In this document: piece after piece, positions 38,279-52,202 of the stretch
Numbering within the stretch: position 1 is the stretch's first letter
Layout: each line of letters opens with the position of its first letter
Assembly (NCBI GenBank): GCA_039621445.1
Contig: CP154954.1
Location: forward strand, 12,952,716-13,016,715
Length of the DNA: 64,000 bases
Direction of reading: 5' to 3'
Source of the DNA: Euglena gracilis
Lineage: Eukaryota
The notes under the pieces: generated by a model
What the model saw: the letters and a program-made list of their open reading frames with translations, nothing else
What the model was told of the DNA's origin: nothing
Database searches by the model: none
Position numbers and translations under genes: made by a program

Positions 38279-41200
38279 CAATTTTCTGGCTAATTTCATC
38301 ACTCTGACCGTTTTTGACCGTTTGAGGGACATTTTTTTTGACCAAATTGCCATTTCTGGCCACTTTTAGCAACTGATGTCAATTTTTTGCTAGCTTGAAC
38401 AGCGTCAAGCTTTAAACATTCAGGTCAAGACATTTTGAGTAATGTGTTACCCTTTCTGCTCGTAATCATCATTTTCAGCATTTTATTGTGATATTTTGTT
38501 GTTTTACTATTTTTATTAGTAAAAAAAACATGTTCATGGAGCCAAAGTATCCAACAAGAGCGCATTGGACTTGAATATCTGGTCGGCTCGTCAATTCACA
38601 AATCATGTCAGTGGAAGACCTTCTGAAAACGAATATTTTCTGAAATGGATTCACATCACCGAAGCTACATTTTGTCAAACAGGAAAATATGCCTTTTTTT
38701 CGGCAAGAATGTGTGTGCAGAGAGTGGTCCAGTGCTCCACTGATGTGCTTCTGGGTCTTGGATGGGCGTACAGAAAACGGTCAGCAGCAGCACAACAGGA
38801 ACTAACGTGTTGTTCGCACAAGATACCCTGTGCTGTAATACGGTAGCGGCGAAGTGCATTTGACTGTTTGAGAGGGCTTCCAAGGCAGCCAACCCAGCGT
38901 TGGATACACAAAGCCAGGCGGTGGTCCATCTTATGGTTTGAGGAGCCGGGGAGTGCCCCCCCCCACCTAAACTGTGGCGTGATGGATTATCGGTGCGGCA
39001 CAAAAGAACGAGGAGATTAAAGCAAATCAGGTACCCGCAAAATAGGATGTGGCTAATACAGTACAAACAAAAAAGGAGTTGCTTGCCCCCTCCAGCAGAA
39101 GTGTAAAAATACAAAAAAACCACAATTCCCGCAATTTTACATCAATTTTTCCGCAATTTTTCCGAAAGTATATCAATTTTTCACCTCCTGGTGATTAAGC
39201 AAAAATTCAAACGAGAACACCCCAAATAAGACCCCTGGTGCGAAGCGTCGGGGAGGGCGAATTTTTTCCTGAAATTTTTGGGGTTTACCCCAATAATCCC
39301 TCATTTCTATCTGGTATTGTTTTTGGGCGTAGCGCCAGAGGATATTTTGTTTGCTTCTTTTGAAACCTGCCAAGGAGGGGGTTGCGGTCCAGGAACTCTC
39401 CCAACGTCTGGGGGGGGGGGACAAAACCTGCCGAAAAAAGCCACACCAAATACCCATTTTCACCTGGGCGAGCAGGCAGTTGGGATGGGTTTTTCAGTTG
39501 GAGGAGCCTGGAGGACCAGGACCCCAGACCTCCCAGGAGAAAGGGGTCCAGCCAGTGGCTTTTCTTGTGGCTAGTTTTCGGACCGCCTGGGGTCCCAAGA
39601 CAGATCCTGGCTCTGATTATGAAATAGGTGTGTGTGTGTGTGTGTGTTTATGTGTTTGTGTGTTTGTGTGTTTGGTTTTTGATTACAGGTCTTTATTTTT
39701 CATTGCAAATTGTCCCATCATGCTGCACTGGTCCTGCACCTTTACACCTGCGATCTGACACAAGGTTTTCAAAATTCATTTGCGTTCGGCCCTGCTTGCT
39801 GGAGAACAGTAAGAGAACGCTTTCTTCCTTCCTACCTCATTTGTTGCACTGCGACCACTTTGGCCGTGCCATGTCTTTGCCTGTGGAACAGAGGGCTTTG
39901 TTTGTGGGCCAATTGAACTGCACTCGAACCATCCACTCCGCTGGTGAGATTGTGATCAAAGCCTGCTTTTTGCGTTTTTCCCTTGTTTGACTCCCTGTGC
40001 GCGTGTTTTCAGGTGTCTACCCCCGCATCAGTAATGAACAGGGGGTCCGGACCTTCCAGTTTGTCAGCTTTTATAGCAATCAAATGCCATACACTCACGC
40101 TCAAAGAATTAGCCCTATTCGGAATATTTTGGTGTCCATTCGGTTTGGGGGGGGAGGTCCATGAAATATTATTGCACAAAAATATTGACCTTCCTTTTTA
40201 TGGATTCCAGAACATTTCACATCACCAAGTAGTCAACCAACGATGGTGGGTCAGGTGTGAACCGTCACTGCTTGATGGGACAAGATGCCACAATATTTGG
40301 CACAATGCAGCTTTCGCGGCATGGCACTTTTCCAACCCATCATGGAACCATGGCAACTTGCTAACATGTATTTTTTGCAGTTTCGACTTTTTTATCCAGT
40401 TCGACCCCAGCAGCCTTTGTCCATTCAGCCCTCAGCCCCCCCCCCCAAAGCTACGCCTAAAGCTGATCTGAAATTAAAGCTGAGTATATCCTATGATTTA
40501 AAAAAAATATATAATACATGAGATGAGGTATGCATTCTGGTGGTCCCATCCACCCTCCCCCTCCGCCTAGGAGTTGGACACATTCCGACGGTTGCCACGT
40601 TGGAGTATCGCATTCAGGAAGACCTAAGCATTGCCACAGCAGCTGAAGCTTCCAAGAACAGAAATTTGGAAACAGGGTTTATTTTTTTTGATCTGATCGT
40701 TTTTGGGCATTTTTAATTTATTTCCTTCTTTTGGGTAATTTCGAGCCTCTCTGTTTTGATTCAGAACTCCTGGCGTCTTTTTTTTTCCTCCGCCCAGGTT
40801 CTCGGGGGAGAAAAAGATTCTGGTCATTAGGTGGTTTGATATCAGAGTTCTTTGGTGATGTGTCTTACTCTTGTTCCCATCAATGCAATACATCTTGTTG
40901 TATTTCTCAGCAGGAAAACACACACACACATCAGGGTTATCCCCAAATGAATACGAAGAAATTATTGTAAATTAACAATGTATTGTCCCAAAAAATTTCT
41001 GATAGCAGAATTGGGGAAGGATAATAGAAGGAGCAACTCCTTTTTTTGTTTTTATTGTATTAGCCATATCCTATTTTGCGGGTACCTGATTTGCTTTTAA
41101 TCTCCTCGTTCTTTTGTGCCGCACCGATACGCCACAGTTTAGGCGGGGGGGGTCAAACCATAAGATGGACCACCGCCTGGCTTTGTGTGTCCAACGCTGG

Positions 41201-42324
41201 GTTGGCTGCCTTGGAAGCCCTCTCAAACAGTCAAATGCACTTCGCTGCTACCGTACTACAGCACAGGGTATCTTGTGCGAACAACACGTTAGTTCCTGTT
41301 GTGCTGCTGCTGACCGTTTTCTGTACGCCCATCCAAGACCCAGAAGCACATCAGTGGAGCACTGGACCACTCTCTGCACACACATTCTTGCCGAAAAAAG
41401 GCAGCTTTTCCTGTTTGACGAAATGTAGCTTCGATGACGTGTGTGTTTCTGTGGTCGGCTCGTCGTTTTGTGAAAATTTTCTGCCCCCCCCCCCCAGCAG
41501 CAGTGTATTAATTACCAAAACCGCAATTTCCGCATTTTTTTGCGCAACTTTCCCGCAATTCCCGCAATTTTTCAGCAATTTACCCGCAATTTTTTCTGAA
41601 GTCCTCCGATGTCAATTCCCCCCTCCCTGCGATGAGCAAAAATTAGCCCCCTTGTGCGAAGAGTCGGGGACCGTAATTTTTTCCTGAAAAAAACTCTGGA
41701 AAGAGACCTGAAAGAAACTGCCACAATCCCTCGTTTCTATCTGGGATGTCTTTGGGCGTAGCACCGGAGGAAAATTTTTCGCATCTTTTGAAACCTGCCG
41801 AGGAGGGGGTGTTTTGCGGTCCAGACACCCCCTCCCAACGGCGGGCTGTCACGTCACCCCCAGGGGGGAGGTCCAGATTCCAATCAAATTCAATACTGGA
41901 ATGCTTCCCATTCCTGGTGATCAGGCTCCCCCATGAGGGTTCACAGTACAACCCTGGGGGGGTCGACTGCAGCTAGTCCAAATTTGGCTTGGACCCCCTG
42001 GGTGAGTTCTGCTTGCAGGCTAGGTCGTTGATTTTTTTTACAAGTGACCAGCGCGAAGCACCAGAAAAATTGACTGGCCAAAACCTGCCAAAAATGGCCG
42101 TTTTGCAGGTTTTGCATTTTTTTGGGAACAAAACCAGCCGAAAAGTAAAAAAAAAAACCACAAAAACTCATCTCCACCTGGGCCAGCAGCCAGTTGGGAT
42201 GAGTTTTCCATTTGGCGGACCTGGGGGACCCAAACTCCGGACCTCCCAGCAGAGAGAGGTCCAGCTAGTGGCTTTTCTAGTGGCTAGTTTTAGGACCCCA
42301 AGGCAGAGCCTGGCTCTGATACAA

Positions 42325-42361
42325 TGTGTGTGTGTTTAGGTGTGTGTGTGTGTGTGTGTGT

Positions 42362-42392
<31 letters not shown>
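42325..42392. repeat. (TG)n microsatellite
   Basis: Direct reading. Confidence 0.95.
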
Positions 42393-43770
42393 CATTTGGT
42401 TTTTGATTGCAGGTGTTGATTCTTCATTGCAAATTGTCCCACCATGTTGGTTTTTCACTGGCACTCGATTCGGCTGCATTGGTCCTGCACCTTTACACCT
42501 GCAATCTAACCAAGTTTTTCAGAATTCATTTTCGTTCCACTTGCTTGCTGGAGTATAGTAAGAGAACACTATCTTCCTTCCCACCTCATTTGTTGCACTG
42601 CGACCACTTTGACCGTGCCATGTCTTTGCCTGTGGTAACAGAGGGTGCTTTGTTTGTGAGTGGATGTGCAGTGTTGACTGAACTGCACTCCAACCCTGCA
42701 GCGTGAGTGTATGGGTTGGATTGCTATAAAAGCTGACGAACTGGAAGGCCCGGACCCCTTTTCATTGGGCAAGGGGTCTCGTTACACATGGGTGGGTAGG
42801 TGCTTGATGGGACAAGATGCCGCAAGATTTGGCACAATGCAGCTTTCGCGGCATGGCGCCTTTCCAACCCATCGTGGATCCATGGCAACCTGCTGAAGCG
42901 TCCCCCGCTGGCTGTATCATTTGTTGACCACTAGTAGCAGTCTATTTTATTTGAGTTGGATTGGTCCATCTGTTGAGTTCGATTGGTTTCGATGGTCAAA
43001 CTGAATGTGAATCTTACCTGCAGCTAACCCCCAACACGTTCAGGATGCGCAATGAAAACACATGTTGACACGTACGTTGTTAGCATTGCGCAAATGTATT
43101 ATTTCTGGTGAAAACCGTTATATCCCCAACAAATTTTTTCTGCTTTCTCCTGAATGGTACCATTTTGCGGGCTTTTCGTTGGGGCGGGTTATTATATTTG
43201 GGGGGTTTGCAATATTTTTGTGTACGACCCCCTGAAATTCTGGAACAAGGAGGGGGCTTTCAGAAGTAGTGAGTGTGACTGGTTCAGCCTGCGTCCATCA
43301 ACCAATCGCCCCCCCGCCGACACCTAATTGTACAGCTTCCCACGCTTTCCCCTGCTTCGGGCCCAGGCTTCTTCAGCTGTTCTGAAACGCTGAATTGGTG
43401 AGTTAATTTTGAAGTCAAACCTGCTGGGTCACGAGAGTTATGTGCGGATTTTGTGCATAACCATGATTTCGTAGTTTTTGCATTTCGGAAGAGGAATCCA
43501 GACCGAATCTCGGTATGCTTCGGAGTAGTAAGAGAGTACGAATTCACCAGAAGCCCCAAAAACTCTGATTCTGAAGAAGTCTCTCCGCATTCCTTTGGGA
43601 GTCGCTGCCCGGAAGCCGTGCGGCAAGCTTGCTACCATTGAGGTGTGGTGCGGAAGCTGCAGGGAATCCTGCTCAGTAGTTTCCTCCATGGGCTGTTTAC
43701 CACAGCTGCCTTTGCTTTTGGCTCTTGCTAACTTTTTTATGGGTTTCTTCGGTTGGGATCAACCCGCGTG

Positions 43771-45462
43771 CGAGCACCTATAGTTAAAATGGCCGAAATT
43801 GGACTAAAATTTTTTTGACCCGCTGTAGGTGGGGGTCCGCAACCTGGAGCCATCAGGTGATGATTTCTGTGTAAGTGGATGGCAACCGGTGGCCCATTTG
43901 CGTGAAGATAAAAAAAACATTGATATCTGATCGCACACATTGCAACTGAGCAGTTACAGCGAAAAATGGCCTAATTAGGCCTAAAATGGGCTAAAAATGG
44001 CCCAAAATGGAAACAAAATGCGGTGTGAATGTTTTATGACCCGTTGGATATTTTTGTTGTGAGTGGAGCTTGAAACACTTTGAATGACTTTTTGACCTCC
44101 TGCAAATGTGAAATGGATTCCATCATCTTGAATGGTTTATATGGCAAATGATTGTCTCTTCTGATATGTGGTGGGATCCATGCTCATGGCTTCAGCAAGC
44201 TTCTCCTGCAAGGACTTAAAATCGAGGCACCTGGAACACTCCTTTAAATTTTATTGAAAAGGTAAGCAATTGAATTGAAAAAATATTCGATTTTCCCACA
44301 CCTTCAGTTCTATTTTAGCACGTTTACTTTGCACATTTGAGCAATTGTCCCACGATGAATGTGTGTGTATATATGTATATATTATATTGTATTATATATA
44401 TATTATATATAATATATTTAATTCTATAATTAATAATATAATATATATATATATATTATATAATAATATTTTCAATTTTTAAAGTTTTTTGAGCTGGAAA
44501 AGTAGAAGGTTTGCAATCAGCGCTATTGTATTTCCTCAGAACAGGGTTTTGCATCCATACCAGACAACATTTTGTCCAACATCTTTTTTTCACAGGATTT
44601 GTTTATGTCCAATAGTTTTCATCAAATGCACAGGAGTTCACTGAACCATGATGTTTTTTTCTCTTGGTCCATTGCTTGATTTTGGCCCATCCAACTAGAG
44701 GAAGTTGTGAGGTTCGTGTGCTCCGCTACATTCTTATACCTGCGGCATCTAGGTTTTTCGGCCAGTGGCACACTCCTCTTAAAAGCATGAATGCATACAT
44801 GCATGCATTTGAAAAATTTTGCGGGAAAACACCTATGAAATGACTGGGCACTACTGGGCGCACTGTTCATGAGTGGGGCGACTGGCTTTGCTGACACTCA
44901 TGGGTGGGGTTCCGTGCATACATTCATTTAGTGACTGGGGGGGAACTTTTTCCCGGGCCTAAAAAAAATGACCAACCAATGACCCCCCCCCCCCAGGATG
45001 GTTAACCACCCACCTGCCCACTCAAAATCCGGCCAAAATCGACGGGGCCTCTGGAACCACCCGGGGGGGGGTGCGCCATGGGTCAGAATTTCGCAGCATT
45101 TTTTTTGCTTCTTCAGCAACCCACCCACCCACTCTCGGAATCCCCCTGGAGGAGTGGTCGCATAGGTGTTAAGGTAAGGTTCCATGACTGGGCGTGATTT
45201 CGGCCACATCTAGCCACGTTTGGCCCCATTTATCCTTTCTTCTCCCTTTTTGTCCGCTTCTGGCCATCTTTGGCCGTTTGTATTTATGCCTGTTTTGGAG
45301 TATTTTTGTCATTTTTTACCCACCGTTGACCTTGACCATTTTTGGCCTGTTTTGACCTTTTCTGAAACTGGGATTTCTGTGTGTGGACTGGTTGTGAGTG
45401 AGCGTGACTGGGCATGACTGAGTGCGACTGCGTCTGGGATTCTGGATGACCATAGGTGCTTG
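43771..45462. mobile_element. Non-autonomous DNA transposon of the CAAGCACC end family
   Basis: Ends cgagcacctata / cataggtgcttg; aaaatggcc arrays on the left and tgactggg arrays on the right; flanks do not form a TSD. Confidence 0.5.
44040..44650 (-). pseudogene. Fragment of a probable SGNH/GDSL-fold hydrolase
   Basis: CLDFKSLQEKLAEA[54-nt insert with stop]IQDDGIHFTFAGGQKVI matches SGNH block V (DGxHxxxxG). No GDS block I found. Confidence 0.35.
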
Positions 45463-48400
45463 GTGGGGAATAATTCCTTAAAAATTTCTTTTAACTCGCG
45501 TTCACACACGTTTCGATGTGTTCTGGTATAAATCCTGAAACTAAAATGTGGAACCATCCCACAGGCCACAAAATGGGGTATGTCGAAGACAAAACGCAGC
45601 ACACATCATGTCTGCCAAATAATTGCAAAAAAGTCTGCAGTTGCCGCTCAAAGGCGAGTTGAATATAGTGAAGGTTGCTCCGTGCTCTCAGATGGTGCTT
45701 GTATATTTTTTTCACATTCTAATTATACCTGTATCTCAAAGATTGCGATGTTTGCGAGCACTCGGGGTTCCCCAACTGGAAAAAAGTGCTGGCTTGAACA
45801 AAGTGTTGGCTAAAGAAAGGTGGGGTCCACCGGTTGGCAGTTGGACCCGGTTGGTAAAACAAGCAACCAAAGTTCAAATACATTGGGCTTGTTGGGACTT
45901 TTCGGTGAATCTTTTGAGTATATATTTGAATATATTGAAAAATATGAAAACACTTCAAAATGCTTTTGTTATGCGCCATTTTTTTGCGTTCAAAAAAATT
46001 CTTCTGCGTTAAGTTCTTTTTCTTGGTCCAGCCCAGCTTCGTCGCGAAGCCCCACAGGGAAGCGTCTGCAGCTGCTTGTAGCTGGGACCAGAATAAGGTC
46101 CCCTCGGGCTTAAGAAAACCTTTGGTGATGCTTTGCTGATTTTTGTGACCCAATGCCTCCAAGATGACCAAATAACAAAAGGATGGTAAATCAGTTTCAG
46201 CGTGAAGCACCACATTTTTTTCCATTCGCGGTTATTCATTTAGCACTCATCTTTTCCAGGTCTTTTCAGGAGAGGTGCATCACCATCCCAGAATGATTTT
46301 GCTGCAAATAGCTGTTGATCAAACCCTGGTCAATCAGGGCACCAGACGAGGCCACCGGAGGCAGAGCACAAAATTCAAAACTCAACTCAAAACAGAAAAG
46401 GGCTCGCCCAGACCCCAGGGATGCAATTCCCCCAACCTACGCACTCAATGTCCAGCCTACCTCTCAGCATTTCAGCATTGAAATGCGCTGCACCGATTCA
46501 GTTCTTGACTGGGGGGCACACCTCTTGCAATCTGAGGTGTGCCACTGGTTGAATGACTCTCCTTCCCAGCCTGCCACGGGGTTGCCTCCGGGCTATGCCG
46601 GACCTCCTTCCCCCCCCCCAACCCTGACCGCTTTGTGTGCACCAGTGGTGCTGGTTTGACCTCGCTGAACCATCAAATGTGCTGGAGGGAGCCGCCTGTG
46701 GGACGCTTCACAGGCGAATTTCCACGATTCCAGTAACTTTGTTTGGGAGATTGGCGAAGGTTGTTTTGTTCTTGTTCCAATAATCGGGAAGCGGTCAGTG
46801 CTGTATGAACCAGGCATTTCCCCCTGACCATGGGATAAAAAATTGCAAGCGATGTAAAGCAAATCTCGGAAATTCAATCAGAGCCGCCATGGAGGCCTTT
46901 CAAACCCACGGGGACATGTACCTCCCCACAACGTGGGAACGTGCCTTTGGCCATGTTGCCTGCCAGAGCAGAAACACAAAGGAGTTCCCATAGAGATGGC
47001 ATTTTTCCCCCCTGGCACTATCCGTGTCGGGTGTGCCGCTCTCTACTCCTGTGACATCCCCCTCCCCTGGCGAAGGGGGCAGTGCTTGGGGGGGGGGCTG
47101 ACCTGGTTTTTTTTAAAGTATCTGAAGCATATCTTCAAATATTTTTTCACTGCTGTTTTATTTTTTCTGCTTTTTTCAAGCTTGCAGATCTGGGGCTGGC
47201 AAAGGACAAAAGCCCCAGATTAACGAATTCTTTACGTATTTAATTTTTTTTTGCTGTTTCCCTCCTCAGTCGGTCAGAAATGCCCCAAAGGAGTGGGGAT
47301 GTCTGCTTGTCTCCTCCCCCTTCGCCGGAAAATTGCCGCCATGGCGTCCACGTCGTCATTCGCCTCCCAGTCATGTGCCCCGGGCACTGTACCAGCCCCT
47401 CACTCGCCCCGGCACACTGTATTCTGCCTCGATCGCCTCCATTCCCAGGGTGGGACACGACGCCGGTTGCCCAGGCGTGGGGATGCCATTTTCCAGAAAG
47501 GGGCCAATGGAAGCTGAGTACCAGCCTCGGTACATCGTCGTGGATTTGGCCTCCCTGTCTGAACCCCGGATATCAGGATATTCGCCTCGCACTTTCTTTT
47601 TGACAATTCAGGATTCTTGAATAATGAAGGTGTCCATTTCCCCATTGGACCACAGAGCCCCCCCCCCATCAGGCTTATGGTTGGGACAATTTAGTGTGGT
47701 ATATTATTTGCGGTTATAAGACGCTGTTCCTCAAACTCTTTTTTTTGTGCAGGTTGTTTTATTTTTTGCAAGGTTTTGTTGTATGTGCGTGTGTTGATTT
47801 TGAGAGATTTACTTGGAAACTGATTCAATTTTCCAATTTGGGATCCAATTTTCAGCTGAGACCTTTTTTTGCCAGAATCGAAGTTTTCAAATCCTTATAT
47901 TTCTTATATAAATACGTTCTGTTTATTGACAATTTGATAACAGCAGCTTTCTTTTAGGTGGCCCAATCGTTTAGTCTGGAACCAATTTTCTGTATAATTT
48001 CCGAATTGCGTTTTGCATCTCGTTTCTAGCTTATTTTTTTTCTACAGCTAAATGTATTGTAGATCATTTGTAAAATTCCTGATCCACAAATATCCACCCC
48101 CAATCGACAGACGTGCGACTTTTGCATTTCCAACTCAGGCGAAATGTAATTTGATGTGAACTCAGGGAGTGGGTTCGGATCCCCCTTCGGGTCGCCCAGT
48201 CTCCCCCTCGGGTTTCCAAGTACGCTCCACCAGTCCACGGCCACAGGGATCTGTGAAAATTGACGGGGCGAAATTTTTTTCCCAGTAAAAATGGTGAAAC
48301 CGCGGCTCGTTTTTTTTTTGTGTCCCGTTCTCTACCGGTGCTGCCGGCCCACCCTGGCGGTCTCTCCCTCCCGCCGTCGTGCCTCTGCCACTTGGCTGAG

Positions 48401-51400
48401 ACGCTCCCCCCTCCGGTCTGCACGGCAGCGCTGACTGCACCGCCAGTGCACCGGGCCTTCCACACGCGCTTAGCCGCCGCGAGTCGCACACTCTTGGGTG
48501 GCAATGAAATATTTCCACCCCTGGACTGACCCTATGTAGAAAGCCATCAACAACCGTTCACATGTCTCTGTCTTTTGCTCTTTGCCAATTTCATCATTTT
48601 AATGCATTTTTTCCCGAAATTTTTACGGCTTTTTAAGGTTTTTTTAAGACATTTTAGGTCATTTTAAGGCTTTTAAGGCGCTATTTTCCAGGATGGTCTA
48701 CGGGTTATCCAACCAACGTTTTTGATTTTGAATGTTCTCCAAAATCAAAAAGTCTGAGGAACACATTTTTTTTGAGTTTTGGTTCGACAAATAATGTTTC
48801 AGCGATGCCAGAAATCATCTTCTTACTGGAGTTGGCTCATTTTTGGCGAGGTTTTGTGCCTTGCTATTTGTTCGGTCGGAGAAAATTCTGCCAGTCCAAG
48901 ATTTTAAGGCATTTTAAGGCGTTTTTGGCAAAAACTTTCTGGTATATTAAAAGTATTATATATAGTGTAGGTATTATTCTGGTGCCTTAAAAGGAATAAT
49001 GCCTGGCCAGGAGGAAGGTGCTGGGGGTGAACTGTGCCAGCCAGATGGGGCCAGACGGAGTCAGACAGGAAACACCACAGCAAGTCCCGTGAAAAAGAAT
49101 CCACCCAATGAAAGCAACCCCTTCGTGAGTATCTTTTAAATTTCCGCAACCCTTTCAATAATTTGTCCTGAAACCTTAATGCAAGCAACCTTCAAATAGA
49201 AACAACCGCTAACCAGATGCCATGAAGATAAATTTTATGAAAATTGCATTGAGCGACTGAAAAAAGCAATCCAAATTTGAGCAACCCCCGAATTTTGATC
49301 AATTTAAACCTTTTTTCGGAAACACATATGTAGGACTGGTGTTTCGGGGGATTTAACAATCGAAGCAGGGGACAGACATGGGACAGACATGCCTTTTTCT
49401 CCTCTTCTAAGATACAATGTGCCATTGCTTGCCCGTGCCAGGAACAATACACACAAATATTGACGTGTTTTGAACAGGGGGGTGTGTTTCGCTTGCTAGT
49501 TCAGGGGAGGGTGTCTCTCCTCTAAACAACCCCCCCCCCTCAGTGCTTCGCCCTTTGGCTTGTTTTGCTCATGGCCCAAAAAAACCCGTTAACCAGCAAA
49601 ATTGTCCTCTTAAGATTCATCCCCCGGCCTTCTCTTCATCTGTACTGGGTCAAAGCGCTGGGTGGGGGTTATGTCAAAAAAGCACTGCAATTTTGACTAG
49701 GCAGAATGCATCTCTTTACACTGCGCTCTCAACCTGGCGATGGTTCTGATGTGCAAGTTGAATTATTTACATTTTTTTGCACAACCCAAAACTGTAAATT
49801 TTTTCGAATTTTTTTTGGGAACTCGCCAAAATGAAGTTGCATAAACATATTTTTCGACCAATTCCATATCAGCAGTAATTGCATCATAAAATATGCAAAT
49901 TGTGCAAACCAACCATGCCATTTTGCATATTCCGTGTCAGGTTTTCTTTTGGTGAAGCATTTTCGCTGTTTATTCGTTTTTTTTTGAAGAAAAAGAAAAT
50001 GATTATGTTGTGTTTATGTTATGTTAAAAAATGGTTGTGTTGTGTTATGTTTTTTTATTCCTGGCACAGAAAAGTGCAAATAATTTTCTGAAGAACACAT
50101 TGTGTTTGCATATGGTGATGGTTTATTTGCAGCATTTGCACACATTAATCACCCAAAGACACCAGCAATGTTTGTGTGGACAGAGTTATAAGAAAACAAG
50201 TGAAATAATACCACAGTTTCATCACATTTATTTTCCAGCTCCAAACGTTAAGGCTCTTGGTTTGTTTTAAAGTGGTTGGGGCACAAATGCGAATATCGTC
50301 CATGTATGTAGTTGCGGACATTGACATCATTTTTATTGTGGTGTGGATGTCACAGAGTTTGGATATAATAGTCACTGAACTCTACTGGTAACCGATTGCA
50401 GTCCTCCTATGTGTTTTATCCCCTCACCAACAACCAGTCGACCACCGGTGGCATATTTAACAGCGCTTTCTACCTATTTATTTTGTTGCATGTGAATTTC
50501 CACTCTTTTCGGAACCAAAAACCTTCACAACGCAGGGCTTCGGAAAGCAACCAAAAGGGTGGGTATGTTACCCCACCCCCGGAAAACCACGTCCCGCTGA
50601 CAGTAGTGTATATACAAACATGCATACAAAACATACACATATATGCCTGATATATGCCATACATATATAGATATGTGCATATACACGTAAATGTACATAT
50701 ACATATGTCCAAACAGCTGCCATGTGTATACATATACACATGTATATACGTATGTATAATGTATATGTGTATACATACACATGTGTAATACACACATGCA
50801 TACACATACGTAAACATGCACACCCCCGGGGGGGCCAAGTAGAGTGATCCAGGGGGGGGGTCGTAGAGAGTGATCCGCGCCTGGGCGTTTTGTCCCTGGG
50901 GTCCACCCCTCTGTCAAACATATCGTGAAATTGAAAGTAAAGATTAAGATTATTTAAATAAAATTTGAATTGCAGATTTATATTTAAATTGCAGACCAAA
51001 TTTAAAACAACGACTCTCCCAAAAAATATATGTCATTGTTTGCACAACCATTCATGATCACACAGTTGTATGTCCGTTATGGCGTCTGACACAGTACAAT
51101 AAGCAACACTTTTTGTTGCGGGGTCCGTCCACAGGGCTTTTTGTTCCTGCGACGCGTGCCAATGACCGCCAGCAAAGCCACTTCGCCATGGCCGCTGAAG
51201 GGCCCGGTTGCCAGGTGGACCGCGACCAGATGGGCCCGGGGGGCAGTCAACTATAGCTAAAATGGCCTAAAATGGCCTATAATGGCCTAAAATGACTTTT
51301 TGACCCCCTATCTTAGGCGGCACGAATTGCCCAAATTTTTTGGCAGTTTTTGAGTGTTTAAATTGCGCGGGTTTCCGAGTACATTGGCCAGGTGTTCTCC

Positions 51401-51961
51401 CGCTCTTTTCTGTTTTTCACATTTTTGGGCCGTTTTGGGGGGGTGTTTGCCCAAACTCCCCTTTTACGGCCATAAATTTATAAAATCGTTCATTTATCAA
51501 ATGACTGAAAACAGACATAAACGTGCTCAAAATTTTCAGTTCACATCAGCGCCTAAAATTTTTGAGCACAAAAGTGTGGGGAAGCGGGCGGGGGCGGGCA
51601 GCCGGTCGACCCAGGGCCGGAGGCGGGCGGCGGCGGAGGGTTGGAAGAGCCAAGAGCCGTCCCGCCCTGGCCCACGTAGTACCCATTCACCACTCCGCGG
51701 CCATGCCGCGGGAGATCATGGAGCTGCAGGTGGACGCGGTGGTGGTGGAGATGCTGGACGGACTGAGCGACGCGGACGTGTACCCGGAGCAGCTGCGGGC
51801 GGCTGTGGAGCAGGGGGGTCCCGTTCGTGGCGACGGGAAGGCGTTCGCCATCGGGGTGCTGCAGCAGGCGCTGGTGAAGACCATGGACGTCCCGGAGGAC
51901 CTTCGCCGGGTGGACGTGACGCTGCACCATCCGGTCAAGGCCGCTGCCGACCGCACTTACC

Positions 51962-52202
51962 CAGGGGGGGGGAAATTATGTGGTCCGCATTATTCCGCAT
52001 TATTCCGCATTTTTCCGCATTTCCGCATTATTCCGCATTATTCCGCATTTTTCCGCATTTTTCCGCATATTTTCCGCATTTTTTTTGTAAATTTTCCGCA
52101 TTTTTCCGCATTTTCGCATTTGACCGCATTTTTTCCGCATTTTTCCGCATTTTGCCGCATTTTTCCGCATAATTTCCGCATTATCCCGCATTTTCCGCAT
52201 TT
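51962..52202. repeat. (ttccgcat)n degenerate array with CAGGGG start, likely a truncated hAT MITE inside the transposase
   Basis: About 20 copies of ccgcat spaced by T/A runs. Confidence 0.8.

Larger units (their letters stand above)
26895..51237. repeat. Segmental repeat copy B
   Basis: Starts at ttctgccctcgtcctcttacac, shared with 56481. 26895-33780 aligns closely with 56481-64000; 33025-51237 aligns with copy A. Confidence 0.85.
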
